Positions 1-10,470 of a stretch of 64,000 nucleotides of DNA are shown here, piece after piece (within the stretch, counting starts at the first letter, position 1; every line of letters begins with the position of its first letter). Under the pieces are notes generated by a model. It was not told where the DNA came from. It ran no database searches and was given only the letters and a program-made list of their open reading frames with translations. A program made the position numbers and the translations under genes. This DNA comes from Gammaproteobacteria bacterium bin55 (GTDB lineage: Bacteria; Pseudomonadota; Gammaproteobacteria; Pseudomonadales; Azotimanducaceae), in the NCBI GenBank assembly GCA_002238665.1, contig MPMU01000001.1, positions 25,075 to 89,074 of the forward strand, in the 5' to 3' direction.

Positions 1-905
1 AAGCTCTTCTCGCTTCTCGCATGGGTAAGCAACGAATCATTGCAGAAACGGGCGCAGGTCAGCATGGAGTCGCAACAGCTACAGTAGCGGCGAGATTAGG
101 TGTTGAATGCACAGTGTATATGGGTGCGGACGACATAGTCCGACAAGCTCCAAACGTCTACAGGATGAAGATGCTGGGCACCCACGTAGAAAGTGTTAGT
201 TCAGGCTCAAGAACGCTGAAAGATGCCATGAATGAGGCAATGCGCGATTGGGTGACCAACGTGGACACCACACACTACATTATTGGTAGTGTTGCTGGTC
301 CTCATCCTTATCCAGCAATGGTTCGCGATTTTCAAGCAGTGATCGGTAGGGAATGCCGAGCACAATGTGAGGAACGATTTGGAGGTTTACCTGAAGCACT
401 TATTGCGTGTGTAGGTGGTGGATCGAATGCGATGGGACTTTTCTATCCCTTTGTAAACGACCTCAAGGTTGAACTCATCGGTGTGGAAGCGGCAGGCAAG
501 GGATTGAGTACAGATGAGCATGCCGCGTCTCTGTGTGAAGGTAAACCAGGTGTTCTGCACGGTTCACGGACTTACTTGCTGGCAGACGACGATGGCTTGA
601 TTAAAGAAACATCGAGTATTTCTGCTGGATTGGACTATCCAGGAGTTGGACCTGAGCACTCGTATTGGAAAGATCTGCAGCGCGCCCAGTATGTTGCTGT
701 TACCGATGAGCAAGCGATAGAGGCATTTCATCTTCTGAATCGTCTTGAAGGCATCTTGCCAGCGCTGGAATCATCTCATGCCATCGCATATGCGTTGATT
801 GAAGCAGCTAAACGTCCATCGTCAGACCGTATCGTGATTAATCTATCGGGTAGAGGCGATAAGGACATCGGAACTATGGCAGAAATCGACGGTATCCAGA
901 TATGA
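1..905 (+). CDS. trpB: Tryptophan synthase beta chain (5' end cut by window edge)
   Basis: The frame is open to the window start. TrpB core motifs [13 protein letters not shown] and GGGSNAMG are present. The stop overlaps the trpA start (ATGA at 902-905). Confidence 0.95.
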   Translation, partial: ALLASRMGKQRIIAETGAGQHGVATATVAARLGVECTVYMGADDIVRQAPNVYRMKMLGTHVESVSSGSRTLKDAMNEAMRDWVTNVDTTHYIIGSVAGPHPYPAMVRDFQAVIGRECRAQCEERFGGLPEALIACVGGGSNAMGLFYPFVNDLKVELIGVEAAGKGLSTDEHAASLCEGKPGVLHGSRTYLLADDDGLIKETSSISAGLDYPGVGPEHSYWKDLQRAQYVAVTDEQAIEAFHLLNRLEGILPALESSHAIAYALIEAAKRPSSDRIVINLSGRGDKDIGTMAEIDGIQI

Positions 906-1702
906 GCAGGTTGACTGGTTGTTTCGCTCAGCTACAAGAGCAAGGTAAGAAAGCCTTTGTTTCTTTCATAACAGCTGGGGACCCGGAACCATCCGTAACG
1001 GTGCCCGCGCTTCACTCTTTAGTAGAAGGGGGTGTGGATATCCTCGAACTTGGGGTGCCTTTTTCAGATCCAGAGGCTGACGGACCGAGTATTCAGAGAT
1101 CGTCTGAACGTGCGTTACAACAGGGCGTGACTTTATCTATGGTTTTGGACATGGTCTCGGACTTTAGAAAGTCAAATGAACACACACCAATCGTTCTTAT
1201 GGGATACCTAAACAGCATTCTGAGCATGGGGGAGAGCACTTTCTTTGAAAGAGCTTCTCAATGTGGCGTTGACGGCTTGATCATGGTGAATCTACCGCCG
1301 GAAGAATCTTCCGGTCTGTCAATTCATGCGGAGGCAAACGAGATAGATTTGATTTATTTGGTTGCGCCTACGACCCCTGATAAACGGATCAAACTCATCG
1401 TTGAAAATGTGCAAGGATTTATCTATTACGTATCTCTGAAAGGGATTACGGGAGCTTCTCACCTAGACACAGCAAGTGTTGAAGAGCAAGTTTCAGTATT
1501 GAAGAGTCATGCGAAATTACCAATTGTGGTTGGATTCGGTATCAAGACGCCTGAGCAGGCGGCCGCATCTGCATCACTGGCAGACGGCATCGTCGTGGGA
1601 AGTGAGTTGGTCGATACCATGGCGACGACACAATCGAATGAGTTAATTCCAGAGCGTCTACAAGCCAAAGCACAATCCTTTCGAGACGCACTTGATGGCT
1701 GA
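902..1702 (+). CDS. trpA: Tryptophan synthase alpha chain
   Basis: 266 aa with TrpA motifs [22 protein letters not shown] and VGFGI. Translationally coupled to trpB. Confidence 0.95.
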   Translation: MSRLTGCFAQLQEQGKKAFVSFITAGDPEPSVTVPALHSLVEGGVDILELGVPFSDPEADGPSIQRSSERALQQGVTLSMVLDMVSDFRKSNEHTPIVLMGYLNSILSMGESTFFERASQCGVDGLIMVNLPPEESSGLSIHAEANEIDLIYLVAPTTPDKRIKLIVENVQGFIYYVSLKGITGASHLDTASVEEQVSVLKSHAKLPIVVGFGIKTPEQAAASASLADGIVVGSELVDTMATTQSNELIPERLQAKAQSFRDALDG

Positions 1703-2936
1703 GCCAGAATCTGCTAGAGAACTCAGCACTCTTGCGGACTGGGTAAGTAGGCTTGAGCTTGAGCACGAAGCGAACAAAAAAGATCGCTCATTTGGTGAAA
1801 TAAGGACATTTGCTAGAAAACTCGGTCTGACAAATATCGGAGCTCGAACAGTCGTTGTGGGTGGTACCAACGGTAAAGGTTCGGTTGTTCACCTAGTTGA
1901 ACAAGCACTTATCGCTGAAGGTCTCAAAGTAGGAAGTACCACTTCACCTCATTTAAGTCGCATCAATGAGCGAATCAAATTGTGTGGAGATGAGATAAGT
2001 GATGATCTATTTATCAGTTACTTACGTGAAATACTTACACATGAAGATAAACCACCTACCACGTATTTCGACGTAGTCACACTTGCGTCGTTGATGGCAT
2101 TTCGAGACCACTCTGTCGATGTAGCTCTTCTTGAAGTCGGATTGGGTGGAAGGCTAGACCCGTGCAATGTTGTCGATCCAGCGGTGTCCGTAATCACCAA
2201 CGTGAGCCTTGATCACCAGGATGTCCTAGGTTATTCCAGAGAGTCCATCGGACGGGAAAAAGCTGGTATTCTCCGCCAAGGCGTACCGTTCGTCTCAGGC
2301 GAGGTGCAGCTACCAAAATCAGTTCTGCAAGTTGCGGATAATTTGGAATGTCCTATCTACCAACCCTTTGGCCAAGGATCGGGAGACTGTAAAGCTCTTG
2401 AATGCAACAAGATGAAAACTCCTCGTCTTGATTCCGAGCGAAACCTAGCTGTTGCGAGAGAAGTGCTGAAATTGATTGGAGGTCAGACTTCGGATAGTTT
2501 CTCGAATTTGAGCTCGATTGCTAGTTTACCGGGTCGTTTAGAGCTCATCCAACGTAATGGTCAAAATTGGGTGCTTGATGTAGCTCACAACCTAGCTAGC
2601 ATTGATAACCTGAAGAGGTATCTTGCTGATTCATTCTCAAATGCAAAAGTCTTAGCTTTGTTCACCTGTCTACGGGATAAGAATTTCAATGAGCTAGCTC
2701 GGGTCGTTCAAGGTTTTGCAGATCAAATGATCGTGACGGATTCATACGGACCTCGAGGCTTTATTCCCGATTGCTCAATCCTATCTCTGTCTGATTCCGG
2801 TGTTGAGTACATCCCAGATTTCCATGAAGCATTTAGAAAATTCCAGACCTTAGCCGATCCAGCAAGCGTTCATGTTGTATGTGGTTCATTCCAGTTGGTT
2901 GGCAAAGTACGTGAGCTACTACTCAACTACAAATGA
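1695..2936 (+). CDS. folC: Dihydrofolate synthase / folylpolyglutamate synthase
   Basis: Mur-ligase type P-loop VVVGGTNGKGS and LLEVGLGGRLD. ATG at 1695 (in-frame TTG at 1692) overlaps the trpA stop. Synteny folC-dedD-cvpA-purF. Confidence 0.9.
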   Translation: MAEPESARELSTLADWVSRLELEHEANKKDRSFGEIRTFARKLGLTNIGARTVVVGGTNGKGSVVHLVEQALIAEGLKVGSTTSPHLSRINERIKLCGDEISDDLFISYLREILTHEDKPPTTYFDVVTLASLMAFRDHSVDVALLEVGLGGRLDPCNVVDPAVSVITNVSLDHQDVLGYSRESIGREKAGILRQGVPFVSGEVQLPKSVLQVADNLECPIYQPFGQGSGDCKALECNKMKTPRLDSERNLAVAREVLKLIGGQTSDSFSNLSSIASLPGRLELIQRNGQNWVLDVAHNLASIDNLKRYLADSFSNAKVLALFTCLRDKNFNELARVVQGFADQMIVTDSYGPRGFIPDCSILSLSDSGVEYIPDFHEAFRKFQTLADPASVHVVCGSFQLVGKVRELLLNYK

Positions 2937-3472
2937 AGTTATGGGTACAAGGTGAGTCAGCAAGGTGGTACGTCTTAGCTTCTCTTTGTATTGCTAGTCT
3001 CCTGCTGATATTTGTTCCTTCATTTTTCGAGGGATTAGACTCGGTAGCGGTCCAAATTGAACCGATAGAGCCGGTCGAAACGGATATATCCATTGATAAA
3101 ATCCCTGATGTAGATCGCACTCAAATTCGCAAGGATTGGGAAGAAGTAGTGAGCTTCGTCGATATGGACGGTTTCTTTGTGGAATCAACGGTGAGGATGG
3201 GTGAACCCGTGCTTCTAGACGACACGTTAGAGGCAACAAGATGGGCGATTCTTATTGATACATTTGAAAGTAAAGAGTCAACACTAGAGTACCGTCGATC
3301 ATTGTCAGAACAGGGGATCGAGAGCTGGGTATCGACTCGAAAGAGCGGAGACTCGATTGTGTACGATATAGCCACTGGTCCTTATTTAGAACGTGATGAA
3401 GTGATAGCAGAAGTAACAAGGTTGACTGAACAATTGGAGCGTTCAGTGCAAATCGTCGTGTTTTCCTTATAG
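2933..3472 (+). CDS. dedD: SPOR-domain membrane protein (DedD-like)
   Basis: N-terminal TM helix and a C-terminal SPOR-like segment (WAILIDTFESKESTLEYRRSL...DIATGPYLERDE). It sits between folC and cvpA as dedD does in E. coli. The assignment rests mostly on synteny. Confidence 0.6.
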   Translation: MKLWVQGESARWYVLASLCIASLLLIFVPSFFEGLDSVAVQIEPIEPVETDISIDKIPDVDRTQIRKDWEEVVSFVDMDGFFVESTVRMGEPVLLDDTLEATRWAILIDTFESKESTLEYRRSLSEQGIESWVSTRKSGDSIVYDIATGPYLERDEVIAEVTRLTEQLERSVQIVVFSL

Positions 3473-3488
3473 TCCGTTAAGAGTACAC

Positions 3489-4013
3489 ATGGTCTTTGAC
3501 GTTGGTGTCATACTGTTGCTTTTGGTCTCAACTTGGATTGGCATGAGAACCGGGTTCCTGAAGGACCTCATATGGACCATTTCGGTGCTCGTCGGATTGA
3601 TTGTTGGATTTCTCTGGATGGAAGATGTCGGTAGAGCATTAATAAAGTTTTTTGATCTAGAAATGCCAATACTCGGGAGATTCGTCGGGTTCTTTATGCT
3701 TTTTAGTGTGATCCAGGTCATCGGGGGCTTTATTGCTGCACAAGTGAATCGCCGAGTCGAAGATTCAGGCATGAGCTTTGCAAATACGATGATCGGGCTA
3801 GCCTGGGGATTGATTCGTGGACTCTTAGTGGTGATCGTAGTGACTGCGTTTACACATCCGTTATTGCAGGAATTTGGTGTGTTAGAAGGATCAACCATCT
3901 CTCCATATCTAGATCCATTGCAGAAAGAGCTCTCTCCGATGCTCAAAGACGTATTCCCGAGTACAGAAGCAGTCCCAACGACTGTCATACAAGACTTAAA
4001 ACAGGAAATTTGA
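3489..4013 (+). CDS. cvpA: Colicin V production protein CvpA family membrane protein
   Basis: 174 aa with four hydrophobic helices, immediately upstream of purF as in enterics and pseudomonads. Confidence 0.85.
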   Translation: MVFDVGVILLLLVSTWIGMRTGFLKDLIWTISVLVGLIVGFLWMEDVGRALIKFFDLEMPILGRFVGFFMLFSVIQVIGGFIAAQVNRRVEDSGMSFANTMIGLAWGLIRGLLVVIVVTAFTHPLLQEFGVLEGSTISPYLDPLQKELSPMLKDVFPSTEAVPTTVIQDLKQEI

Positions 4014-4016
4014 CAG

Positions 4017-5540
4017 ATGTGTGGTGTTGTCGGTGTTGTCCAAAAAGATACGGTGAATCAGACTCTATACGATGCTCTGCTTGTCCTGCAACATAGAGGG
4101 CAAGATGCCGCAGGTATGGTGATCTCCGATGGAGATCGAATGCACCTACGCAAGGACAATGGGCTTGTGAGCCATGTCTTTGAAGAGCGACACATGGTCC
4201 GGCTACCGGGAATCATGGGAATCGGACATGTGCGCTATCCTACTGCAGGTAGCTCCAGTTCTGCCGAAGCCCAACCGATGTATGTCAGTTCCCCTTATGG
4301 TTTGAGCCTTGCACATAACGGCAATTTGACCAATGCCGAAGAAATGCGCAAATTTCTCCGTGATGAAGCGAAAAGACACCTAAACACGGATTCTGACTCT
4401 GAAATCCTTCTCAATGTACTAGCTCACGAGCTACAGGAAACTGGCCACAAGAAAGCTGAACCCGAAACAGTTTTTGAAGCAATCTCGCGCGTACAAAGCA
4501 GGTGCCGTGGCGCGTATGCAGCCGTGGCAATGATCGTCGGTGGTGGTATCGTAGGATTTCGGGATCCCAGAGGTATACGACCGTTGCTTTTGGGATCACG
4601 CCGAGGAGCACTCTCCACCGAATACATGATTGCTAGTGAAAATGTTGCTTTTGACACCTTAGGTTTTGAAGTCGTGCGTGATGTAGCACCAGGAGAAGCG
4701 GTTTATATCACACGTGACGGAGAGCTACATAGCCAAGTCTGTTGCAGTGACTTTGAACATACTCCGTGCATCTTTGAGCATGTTTATCTCGCTCGAAACG
4801 ATGCCGTACTCGACGGGGTATCGACTTACCAGACAAGATTGCGTTTAGGCGAGAAACTCGCTGACCGCTATCTGGATTATTCAAATAAACATGGTGTTGA
4901 GGCAGATGTTGTGATTCCGGTACCGGAAACTAGCAATGCCAATGCACTCGCGTTTGCTTCCAAGATTGGTTTGCCATATCGGGATGGATTCGTCAGAAAT
5001 CGATACGTGGGTCGTACCTTTATCATGCCAGGGCAAGATGTTCGTCAGCGGTCAGTTCGACGCAAACTAAACGTCATTAAGAGCGAGTTCCGAGACAAGC
5101 GAGTTCTACTCGTTGAAGATTCCATCGTAAGAGGAACTACCACAAGACAGATCATTCAGCAAGTTCGTGCGGCAGGTGCGAAGGAAGTCAGCATGTTGGT
5201 TGCCTCTCCACCGGTGTGCTATCCCAATGTTTACGGCATCGATATGCCATCCAAGGAGGAATTGGTCGCAAATGGGCGTACTATCGACGAGATCAAGGAG
5301 TTCATCCGCGCTGATCATTTGATTTATCAATCATTCGATGATCTGATTGACAGTGCAAGAGTAGATAATCCTCAAATCAAGAATTTCGAGTGCTCCATTT
5401 TCACTGGCGAATACCATTCAGAGGATGTCGATGAAGAGTATCTTCTCGAGCTATCCAATCGAAGGAAAGACAGCAAGAAAAACAAGCGTGATTCTGAGTT
5501 ACGGGACCTTAATAATCTAGTGCAACTCCAGTTCAGCTAA
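4017..5540 (+). CDS. purF: Amidophosphoribosyltransferase
   Basis: N-terminal MCGVVG (Ntn catalytic Cys) and PRTase motif VLLVEDSIVRGTT. 507 aa. Confidence 0.95.
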   Translation: MCGVVGVVQKDTVNQTLYDALLVLQHRGQDAAGMVISDGDRMHLRKDNGLVSHVFEERHMVRLPGIMGIGHVRYPTAGSSSSAEAQPMYVSSPYGLSLAHNGNLTNAEEMRKFLRDEAKRHLNTDSDSEILLNVLAHELQETGHKKAEPETVFEAISRVQSRCRGAYAAVAMIVGGGIVGFRDPRGIRPLLLGSRRGALSTEYMIASENVAFDTLGFEVVRDVAPGEAVYITRDGELHSQVCCSDFEHTPCIFEHVYLARNDAVLDGVSTYQTRLRLGEKLADRYLDYSNKHGVEADVVIPVPETSNANALAFASKIGLPYRDGFVRNRYVGRTFIMPGQDVRQRSVRRKLNVIKSEFRDKRVLLVEDSIVRGTTTRQIIQQVRAAGAKEVSMLVASPPVCYPNVYGIDMPSKEELVANGRTIDEIKEFIRADHLIYQSFDDLIDSARVDNPQIKNFECSIFTGEYHSEDVDEEYLLELSNRRKDSKKNKRDSELRDLNNLVQLQFS

Positions 5541-5555
5541 GGGTCATCCCCAGCC

Positions 5556-6047
5556 GTGTCCGAGAAATCCATCAGCAGTCAAGCTGGTCCAATAGTATCG
5601 CCTCTGAATCGTAAGAAGAGATTAACCCCCTGTCGGAGCGTATGTTCAACCACCTACGGCGATCTCGTTTGTAGAGGGTGTAAGAGATTTGCTCATGAAG
5701 TGACAGAGTGGAACCATTTTGGCGCTGAGCGGCGGGATCAAATCTGGGAACGGTTAGAAACGATCTACAAGCAGAGTATCAGAGCATGCGTGAGGATTTC
5801 CTCGACCGACCTGTTTGACCGAGTGGTGAGTTCCACACTGGATGAAGCGCAATCTTGTAAAGAAAGCGAAATCTATGAAGTTCTTCAAAAAGTGGAAATA
5901 CCTGTCGTTGAATTGGGATTAACGCCGGTTGATTCACCTCCGCAAATTCGATCAGGTGAGTTATTTCAAGAGATTGAGCACGAAATCTATAGCCGATCAC
6001 TTCACTTGTATCAGTACTACTACAAGAGCGGCATTCCACAGAGTTGA
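5556..6047 (+). CDS. Cys-rich DUF1289-like protein with C-terminal extension
   Basis: Motif PCRSVCSTTYGDLVCRGCKRFAHEVTEW resembles DUF1289/YdhL-type putative Fe-S proteins. GTG start. The stop overlaps the next gene's TTG start. Confidence 0.5.
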   Translation: MSEKSISSQAGPIVSPLNRKKRLTPCRSVCSTTYGDLVCRGCKRFAHEVTEWNHFGAERRDQIWERLETIYKQSIRACVRISSTDLFDRVVSSTLDEAQSCKESEIYEVLQKVEIPVVELGLTPVDSPPQIRSGELFQEIEHEIYSRSLHLYQYYYKSGIPQS

Positions 6048-6706
6048 TTGGCAACACAAAGGCTGAAAGTCCTTCTATCGTTCAATCCATCCTTAGAGGA
6101 GCGACGCCTAATGCTTGGGTCGAATATGCGGTCTCGCACTTAGACATACTGCTAGTGGATCAAGCGAACTGTGAGAAGAAAGCCGCGAGCTCGGCAATCT
6201 CACTGTTGTACCGAAATGAGCACGATCCTCGCTACTTAAGGCAACTCAGCCGCTTGGCAAGAGAGGAACTAAAGCACTTTGAGCTTGTTGTGAAAGCACT
6301 GAATGAATTTGGCATTGAGTACCAGCGTTTGGGTCCATCCCGTTACGCAAAAAACCTACACAAATGGATTAGACCAAGTCCTGCAAATCATCGTTTTCTA
6401 GATCAGCTGCTGGTTGCTGCGATGATTGAGGCCCGTAGCTGTGAACGAATAGGGGTGTTGATTCCACACTTCAATGGAAAACTGTTGAAACTCTACGAAC
6501 AGTTACATGAATCCGAAGGCAGACATTTCGAGATTTATCTTGAATTCGCTGCTGAAGTCTGTGGGGAGCGCGAACTCGAACGGAGACTTGCAGAGCTACG
6601 CGAATACGAAGCTTTACAGATTAATTCTTCAGATTCAGAATTCAGATTCCACAGTGGCATTCCTGTGTTTGTTGATGAGTCCTATGACTCCACATCAACA
6701 GAATGA
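6044..6706 (+). CDS. miaE: tRNA-(ms2io6A37) hydroxylase MiaE (ferritin-like di-iron)
   Basis: Motifs LLVDQANCEKKAASSA, EELKHFE, EARSCERIG and EGRHFE match the MiaE di-iron family. TTG start at 6044. Confidence 0.8.
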   Translation: MIGNTKAESPSIVQSILRGATPNAWVEYAVSHLDILLVDQANCEKKAASSAISLLYRNEHDPRYLRQLSRLAREELKHFELVVKALNEFGIEYQRLGPSRYAKNLHKWIRPSPANHRFLDQLLVAAMIEARSCERIGVLIPHFNGKLLKLYEQLHESEGRHFEIYLEFAAEVCGERELERRLAELREYEALQINSSDSEFRFHSGIPVFVDESYDSTSTE

Positions 6707-6707
6707 T

Positions 6708-7418
6708 TCACTCAATGGCAAAGCACCGCAGTTCCAATGCGTGACTACTCAGATCCAAGTACCAGCCACAACTCTCCCAATTCCCTAACACGTATCGTTT
6801 TCCCCAGCTCTCCTTGTGAATGGCTGGACGATGTGTATGCCCATGAATCATGGTACTGCACTGATAATCTTGGATTGTTTTTTGAATTTCCTCAAGGGTC
6901 ACATCCATGATGTTGTCTGCCTTGAGTTCATTCGCTTGTTTACTTGCCTGTCGTAGCTGCCTGGCCAAAGCTCGTCGTTGTTCAAGTGTCTGTTGTAATA
7001 AGCCAGAAATCCCGTTAGGTGAGCGCAGGAAGGCTCTCATCTGTTGGTATGCCATATCTTTGGTGCAATATGCGTCACCATGGGCTAATAAGATGCGTTC
7101 ATCACCACATTGCAACACATAGGGATCTGGGATAACTTTGACTCCTGTTTCGGTCTCAAATGCTTCCCCATAGAGGAAATCTCGGTTGCCATGCATGATG
7201 CAGACATTCACGGATTGCACACATTCACGGAGAGAGTTTTTGACTTCACAAGCTAGTTCGGCGTCGTCATCATCGCCAACCCAAACCTCGACTAAATCGC
7301 CTAAGATGAAGACTTGCTTCCCTTGTTGGACTACCTGCTGAAGCAAGTCTCGGAATGCGCGAAACTGCGGTGAATCGACTTGCTCAAGATGAAGATCTGA
7401 GAGAAATACTGCCTTCAC
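6708..7418 (-). CDS. lpxH: UDP-2,3-diacylglucosamine diphosphatase
   Basis: Metallophosphoesterase motifs FLSDLHL, GDLVEVWVGDDD, GNRDF and HGHTHRP. 236 aa. Confidence 0.9.
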   Translation of the reverse strand: MKAVFLSDLHLEQVDSPQFRAFRDLLQQVVQQGKQVFILGDLVEVWVGDDDDAELACEVKNSLRECVQSVNVCIMHGNRDFLYGEAFETETGVKVIPDPYVLQCGDERILLAHGDAYCTKDMAYQQMRAFLRSPNGISGLLQQTLEQRRALARQLRQASKQANELKADNIMDVTLEEIQKTIQDYQCSTMIHGHTHRPAIHKESWGKRYVLGNWESCGWYLDLSSHALELRCFAIE

Positions 7419-8269
7419 TTTAGCGTGCGATTGTAGGCGTCAACGACGTTTTGAAGAATTGAAACTCTTGTCATCGGTCCTACACCACCTGGTACTGGCG
7501 TAATCCAACCTGCAACTTCCTTTACTGCTTCAAAATCGACATCGCCGCAAATGGTTCCATCCTCCTGAGGCATGATTCCAATGTCGATAACTACTGCACC
7601 TGGCTTTACCCAATCTGCTTCGATTAGTCCAGCTTTTCCCGTTGCGGAAACAAGCACATCTGCTTCTCTAGTAAGTTCCTTCGTATTTCGTGTGAACTTG
7701 TGTGCGGTTGTGACTGTGCACCCGCGAAGCAAAAATTCCAGGCCCATTGGTCTTCCTACGTGATTGGAAGCACCTACGACCACAGCATGCGACCCAAGCA
7801 ATTGAACATCAGTTTGAGCGATCAAAGACATCACACCCTTGGGCGTGCACGCTCGATGTGCAGGTTTCCTTAGCGTTAGCATGCCCATGTTATGAGGGGA
7901 AATGCCGTCCACATCTTTTCGTGGGAGAACCTTTGCCGTGATACTCAAATCGTTGATATGCTCGGGCAACGGTAGTTGGATGAGGATGCCATCGATCGTC
8001 GGATCTGCATTGAATTCCGTTACGATATCGGCTAGTTCCGCTTCCAGCGTGCTTGCCGGAAGGTGTAATACCTGACACTTCATCCCTGTCTCAAGACAGT
8101 CTTTCTGCTTCAGTCTCACGTAGATCGCGGACGCTGGATCTTCACCTACAAGTACAACAGCTAATCCAGGTGGTCGTCGATTTGAACTCGTTATGGCTTG
8201 AACACGTTCTTTGAGATCTGCCCGAATGGAAGCTGCAAGAACGTTACCGTTCAGAATAGTGGCTGACAT
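7415..8269 (-). CDS. folD: Bifunctional methylenetetrahydrofolate dehydrogenase / cyclohydrolase
   Basis: 284 aa with motifs LAVVLVGEDPAS, VVVGASNHVGRPM and PVPGGVGPMT. 4-nt overlap with lpxH. Confidence 0.95.
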   Translation of the reverse strand: MSATILNGNVLAASIRADLKERVQAITSSNRRPPGLAVVLVGEDPASAIYVRLKQKDCLETGMKCQVLHLPASTLEAELADIVTEFNADPTIDGILIQLPLPEHINDLSITAKVLPRKDVDGISPHNMGMLTLRKPAHRACTPKGVMSLIAQTDVQLLGSHAVVVGASNHVGRPMGLEFLLRGCTVTTAHKFTRNTKELTREADVLVSATGKAGLIEADWVKPGAVVIDIGIMPQEDGTICGDVDFEAVKEVAGWITPVPGGVGPMTRVSILQNVVDAYNRTLK

Positions 8270-8414
8270 GGTATGGTCATTGAGGAAGACGGGTAGCTTA
8301 ATCCTCTCTCGAAGAATTGCTTAATTTGTTTGGAATTATCAAAAACTTTTGCAGTCTAAAATTCTCCCTACGATGAGCAGGGTCAAATTGATCGTAGGCA
8401 CATCAAGATCCAAT

Positions 8415-8491
8415 CGGGGTATAGCGCAGTCTGGTAGCGCACTTGCTTTGGGAGCAAGTTGTCGGGAGTTCAAATCTCTCTACCCCGACCA
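8415..8491 (+). tRNA. tRNA-Pro (anticodon UGG)
   Basis: Cloverleaf read by hand: acceptor CGGGGTA/TACCCCG, anticodon loop TTTGGGA, T-loop TTCAAAT, encoded CCA. Confidence 0.9.
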
Positions 8492-8537
8492 CTTTCATTC
8501 GTTGAGAGAAGCTGGCAGTGTTGCGCGATAGGTTGAA

Positions 8538-8613
8538 GCGCCTGTAGCTCAATGGATAGAGCATTGGCCTTCTAAGCCAAGGGTTGAAGGTTCGAGTCCT
8601 TCCAGGCGTGCCA
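8538..8613 (+). tRNA. tRNA-Arg (anticodon UCU)
   Basis: Acceptor GCGCCTG/CAGGCGT, anticodon stem TTGGC/GCCAA with loop CTTCTAA, T-loop TTCGAGT, encoded CCA. Confidence 0.9.
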
Positions 8614-8697
8614 TCTCTCAACTGACCGATTGTGTAAGTAAGATAATTCAGGCGTAGAACGGTGTAGCAAATGGAGTTCTGTGTCTTGGCTTGCGAT

Positions 8698-8773
8698 GGT
8701 GGGTGTAGCTCAGTGGTAGAGTCCTGGATTGTGATTCCAGTTGTCGCGGGTTCAAATCCCGTCACCCACCCCA
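8698..8773 (+). tRNA. tRNA-His (anticodon GUG)
   Basis: Extra 5' G(-1) typical of tRNA-His, anticodon loop TTGTGAT, T-loop TTCAAAT, encoded CCA. Confidence 0.9.
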
Positions 8774-8855
8774 TCCATCAAATTAATAGCTACTTTTTTT
8801 AACCTAATCCCTCTTTAGATTTTTTGGATTTGAACGACATTTATCCAATTGTTAT

Positions 8856-10469
8856 ATGGAAATTTCAGTAGAAGATCGGAGCGAACTCCGTAAAGACATT
8901 CAGATTCGCATCCCCGCGACTGATTACCAAACTCGAATAAACTCACGGGTTAACGAGCTTGCTAGCAATGCTCAATTACCAGGCTTTCGCAAAGGCAAGG
9001 TGCCTCGACAACTCATCTCTCAACGGTATGGAAAAGCATTGAATGCTGAAGTGCATCGAGACCTGATTGATGAGACTATGTATCAGGCCTTGCAGGATAA
9101 GAATCTGGACCCAGTAGCACTGTTCGATCTAGATTTCGAGATACCTAAGGAGAATGAGGACTTCGTTTACAAGGTAACTGCGGAAATCCTCGGACCTATT
9201 GATCTTTCAAACTTAAGCGAAATCAAGATTGAGAAGCCAAAAATCGAAGTTACAGATGAGTTCGTAGATCGTATCGTCCACTACTATCAACTGAGCTACT
9301 CCGAATGGAAAGAAGGCACAGACGCGACTCAGGGCGAGATCCGATTCAGCTTTGAAATCGAAGATTTAGATGCGGAAGACACTGAATCAGAAAACTCTGT
9401 AGGCGATGAAGAATCCGACGATTCTGACTCGCCTGAGCATACAGACAAGTACGTAGCTCAGTTAATAGTAGGCGTGGAATATCGCTGGCAGGACGCTACT
9501 CTTGTAAGCGAATTACTTGACATGAAAGTTGGAGAGTTTCGTGAACTCCATGCAGAAGCTCCACCAAACCCAGAAGAGTTTGTCCGATTTGACTCATTTC
9601 ACAGTCCAGTCCCACGAGTCTTCTATCACGACGAAAAACGGCTTGACGTTCGGATTAAGTTAGTCAAGATAGAACAAGCGACCCTGGCTTCCATTGAGCA
9701 AGTCTTAGAGCAACCAAAGGTGTTCGTTGAAAGTGAAGATGAGCTTCGAGAGTCGATTCGGACCACATACTCGGATGCGGCCGATTCAGAGGTTAAGAGA
9801 GTTTTTAGAAAGCTTCTTCAGGCTAAGCTAATTCAGCATTCTGGGATCGTATTACCTGAATACGCGTATAATTCAAGAGTGATGGCATCTCGAGATGAGG
9901 TCAAAGAATATCTAGGATTGGATTATGACAAGGCGCATATTGGCTTTTCTGACAGCGAATCTACTGAACCTGAAGATTCTGATTATATAGATCTAACTGA
10001 AATACATAAAAAACAGACTGCAATTGCACTCGCCACGGAGTATTTGGGTCAAAAGTTAGTGCAAAAGTATAATCCGACAATCGAAAACGATGAGTTTCAG
10101 TCCTTCATTGAAGGCGAGTTGCTTCACTTCGCAGGTGGTACCGTAACGCAAGAGATGGTTGAGAAGGTGTCCGAACCTGAAAATTTACGATCTTTCGCTC
10201 TGAAGATGAAAATTGAAAAGTCGTGGGATCGACTCCAAGAAGAAGTGGACGTTCAAGAACGTGACTTCCCATATGATCAGTTGCAAACACTTCGCAGTGT
10301 CTATGAAGTTGATGTAGAGCTCGAAATTGATGAAGTTGAGGAAACGGAAACGGTTGAGAAATCTGAGGATGACGCTATCGGTGGTGAGAAAGATCAAAGC
10401 AAGAAAGGACTGCTTTCGCGCATGATTGGTAGATTTAAAGGCAACAAGGACATAGAAACAGGAGATTAG
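8856..10469 (+). CDS. tig: Trigger factor (atypically long, acidic insertions)
   Basis: N-terminal ribosome-binding motif GFRKGKVP. Position upstream of clpP-clpX. 537 aa, which I recall being about 100 aa longer than usual. Confidence 0.85.
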   Translation: MEISVEDRSELRKDIQIRIPATDYQTRINSRVNELASNAQLPGFRKGKVPRQLISQRYGKALNAEVHRDLIDETMYQALQDKNLDPVALFDLDFEIPKENEDFVYKVTAEILGPIDLSNLSEIKIEKPKIEVTDEFVDRIVHYYQLSYSEWKEGTDATQGEIRFSFEIEDLDAEDTESENSVGDEESDDSDSPEHTDKYVAQLIVGVEYRWQDATLVSELLDMKVGEFRELHAEAPPNPEEFVRFDSFHSPVPRVFYHDEKRLDVRIKLVKIEQATLASIEQVLEQPKVFVESEDELRESIRTTYSDAADSEVKRVFRKLLQAKLIQHSGIVLPEYAYNSRVMASRDEVKEYLGLDYDKAHIGFSDSESTEPEDSDYIDLTEIHKKQTAIALATEYLGQKLVQKYNPTIENDEFQSFIEGELLHFAGGTVTQEMVEKVSEPENLRSFALKMKIEKSWDRLQEEVDVQERDFPYDQLQTLRSVYEVDVELEIDEVEETETVEKSEDDAIGGEKDQSKKGLLSRMIGRFKGNKDIETGD

Positions 10470-10470
10470 C

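Noticed and set aside
6507-6788. 93-aa plus-strand ORF overlapping the miaE 3' end and the lpxH 3' end
   Set aside because: It is out of frame with miaE and antisense to lpxH, with no motif support.
8403-8774. 123-aa minus-strand ORF
   Set aside because: It lies entirely antisense to the three tRNA genes (Pro, Arg, His) and is an artefact of an open frame over structured RNA genes.
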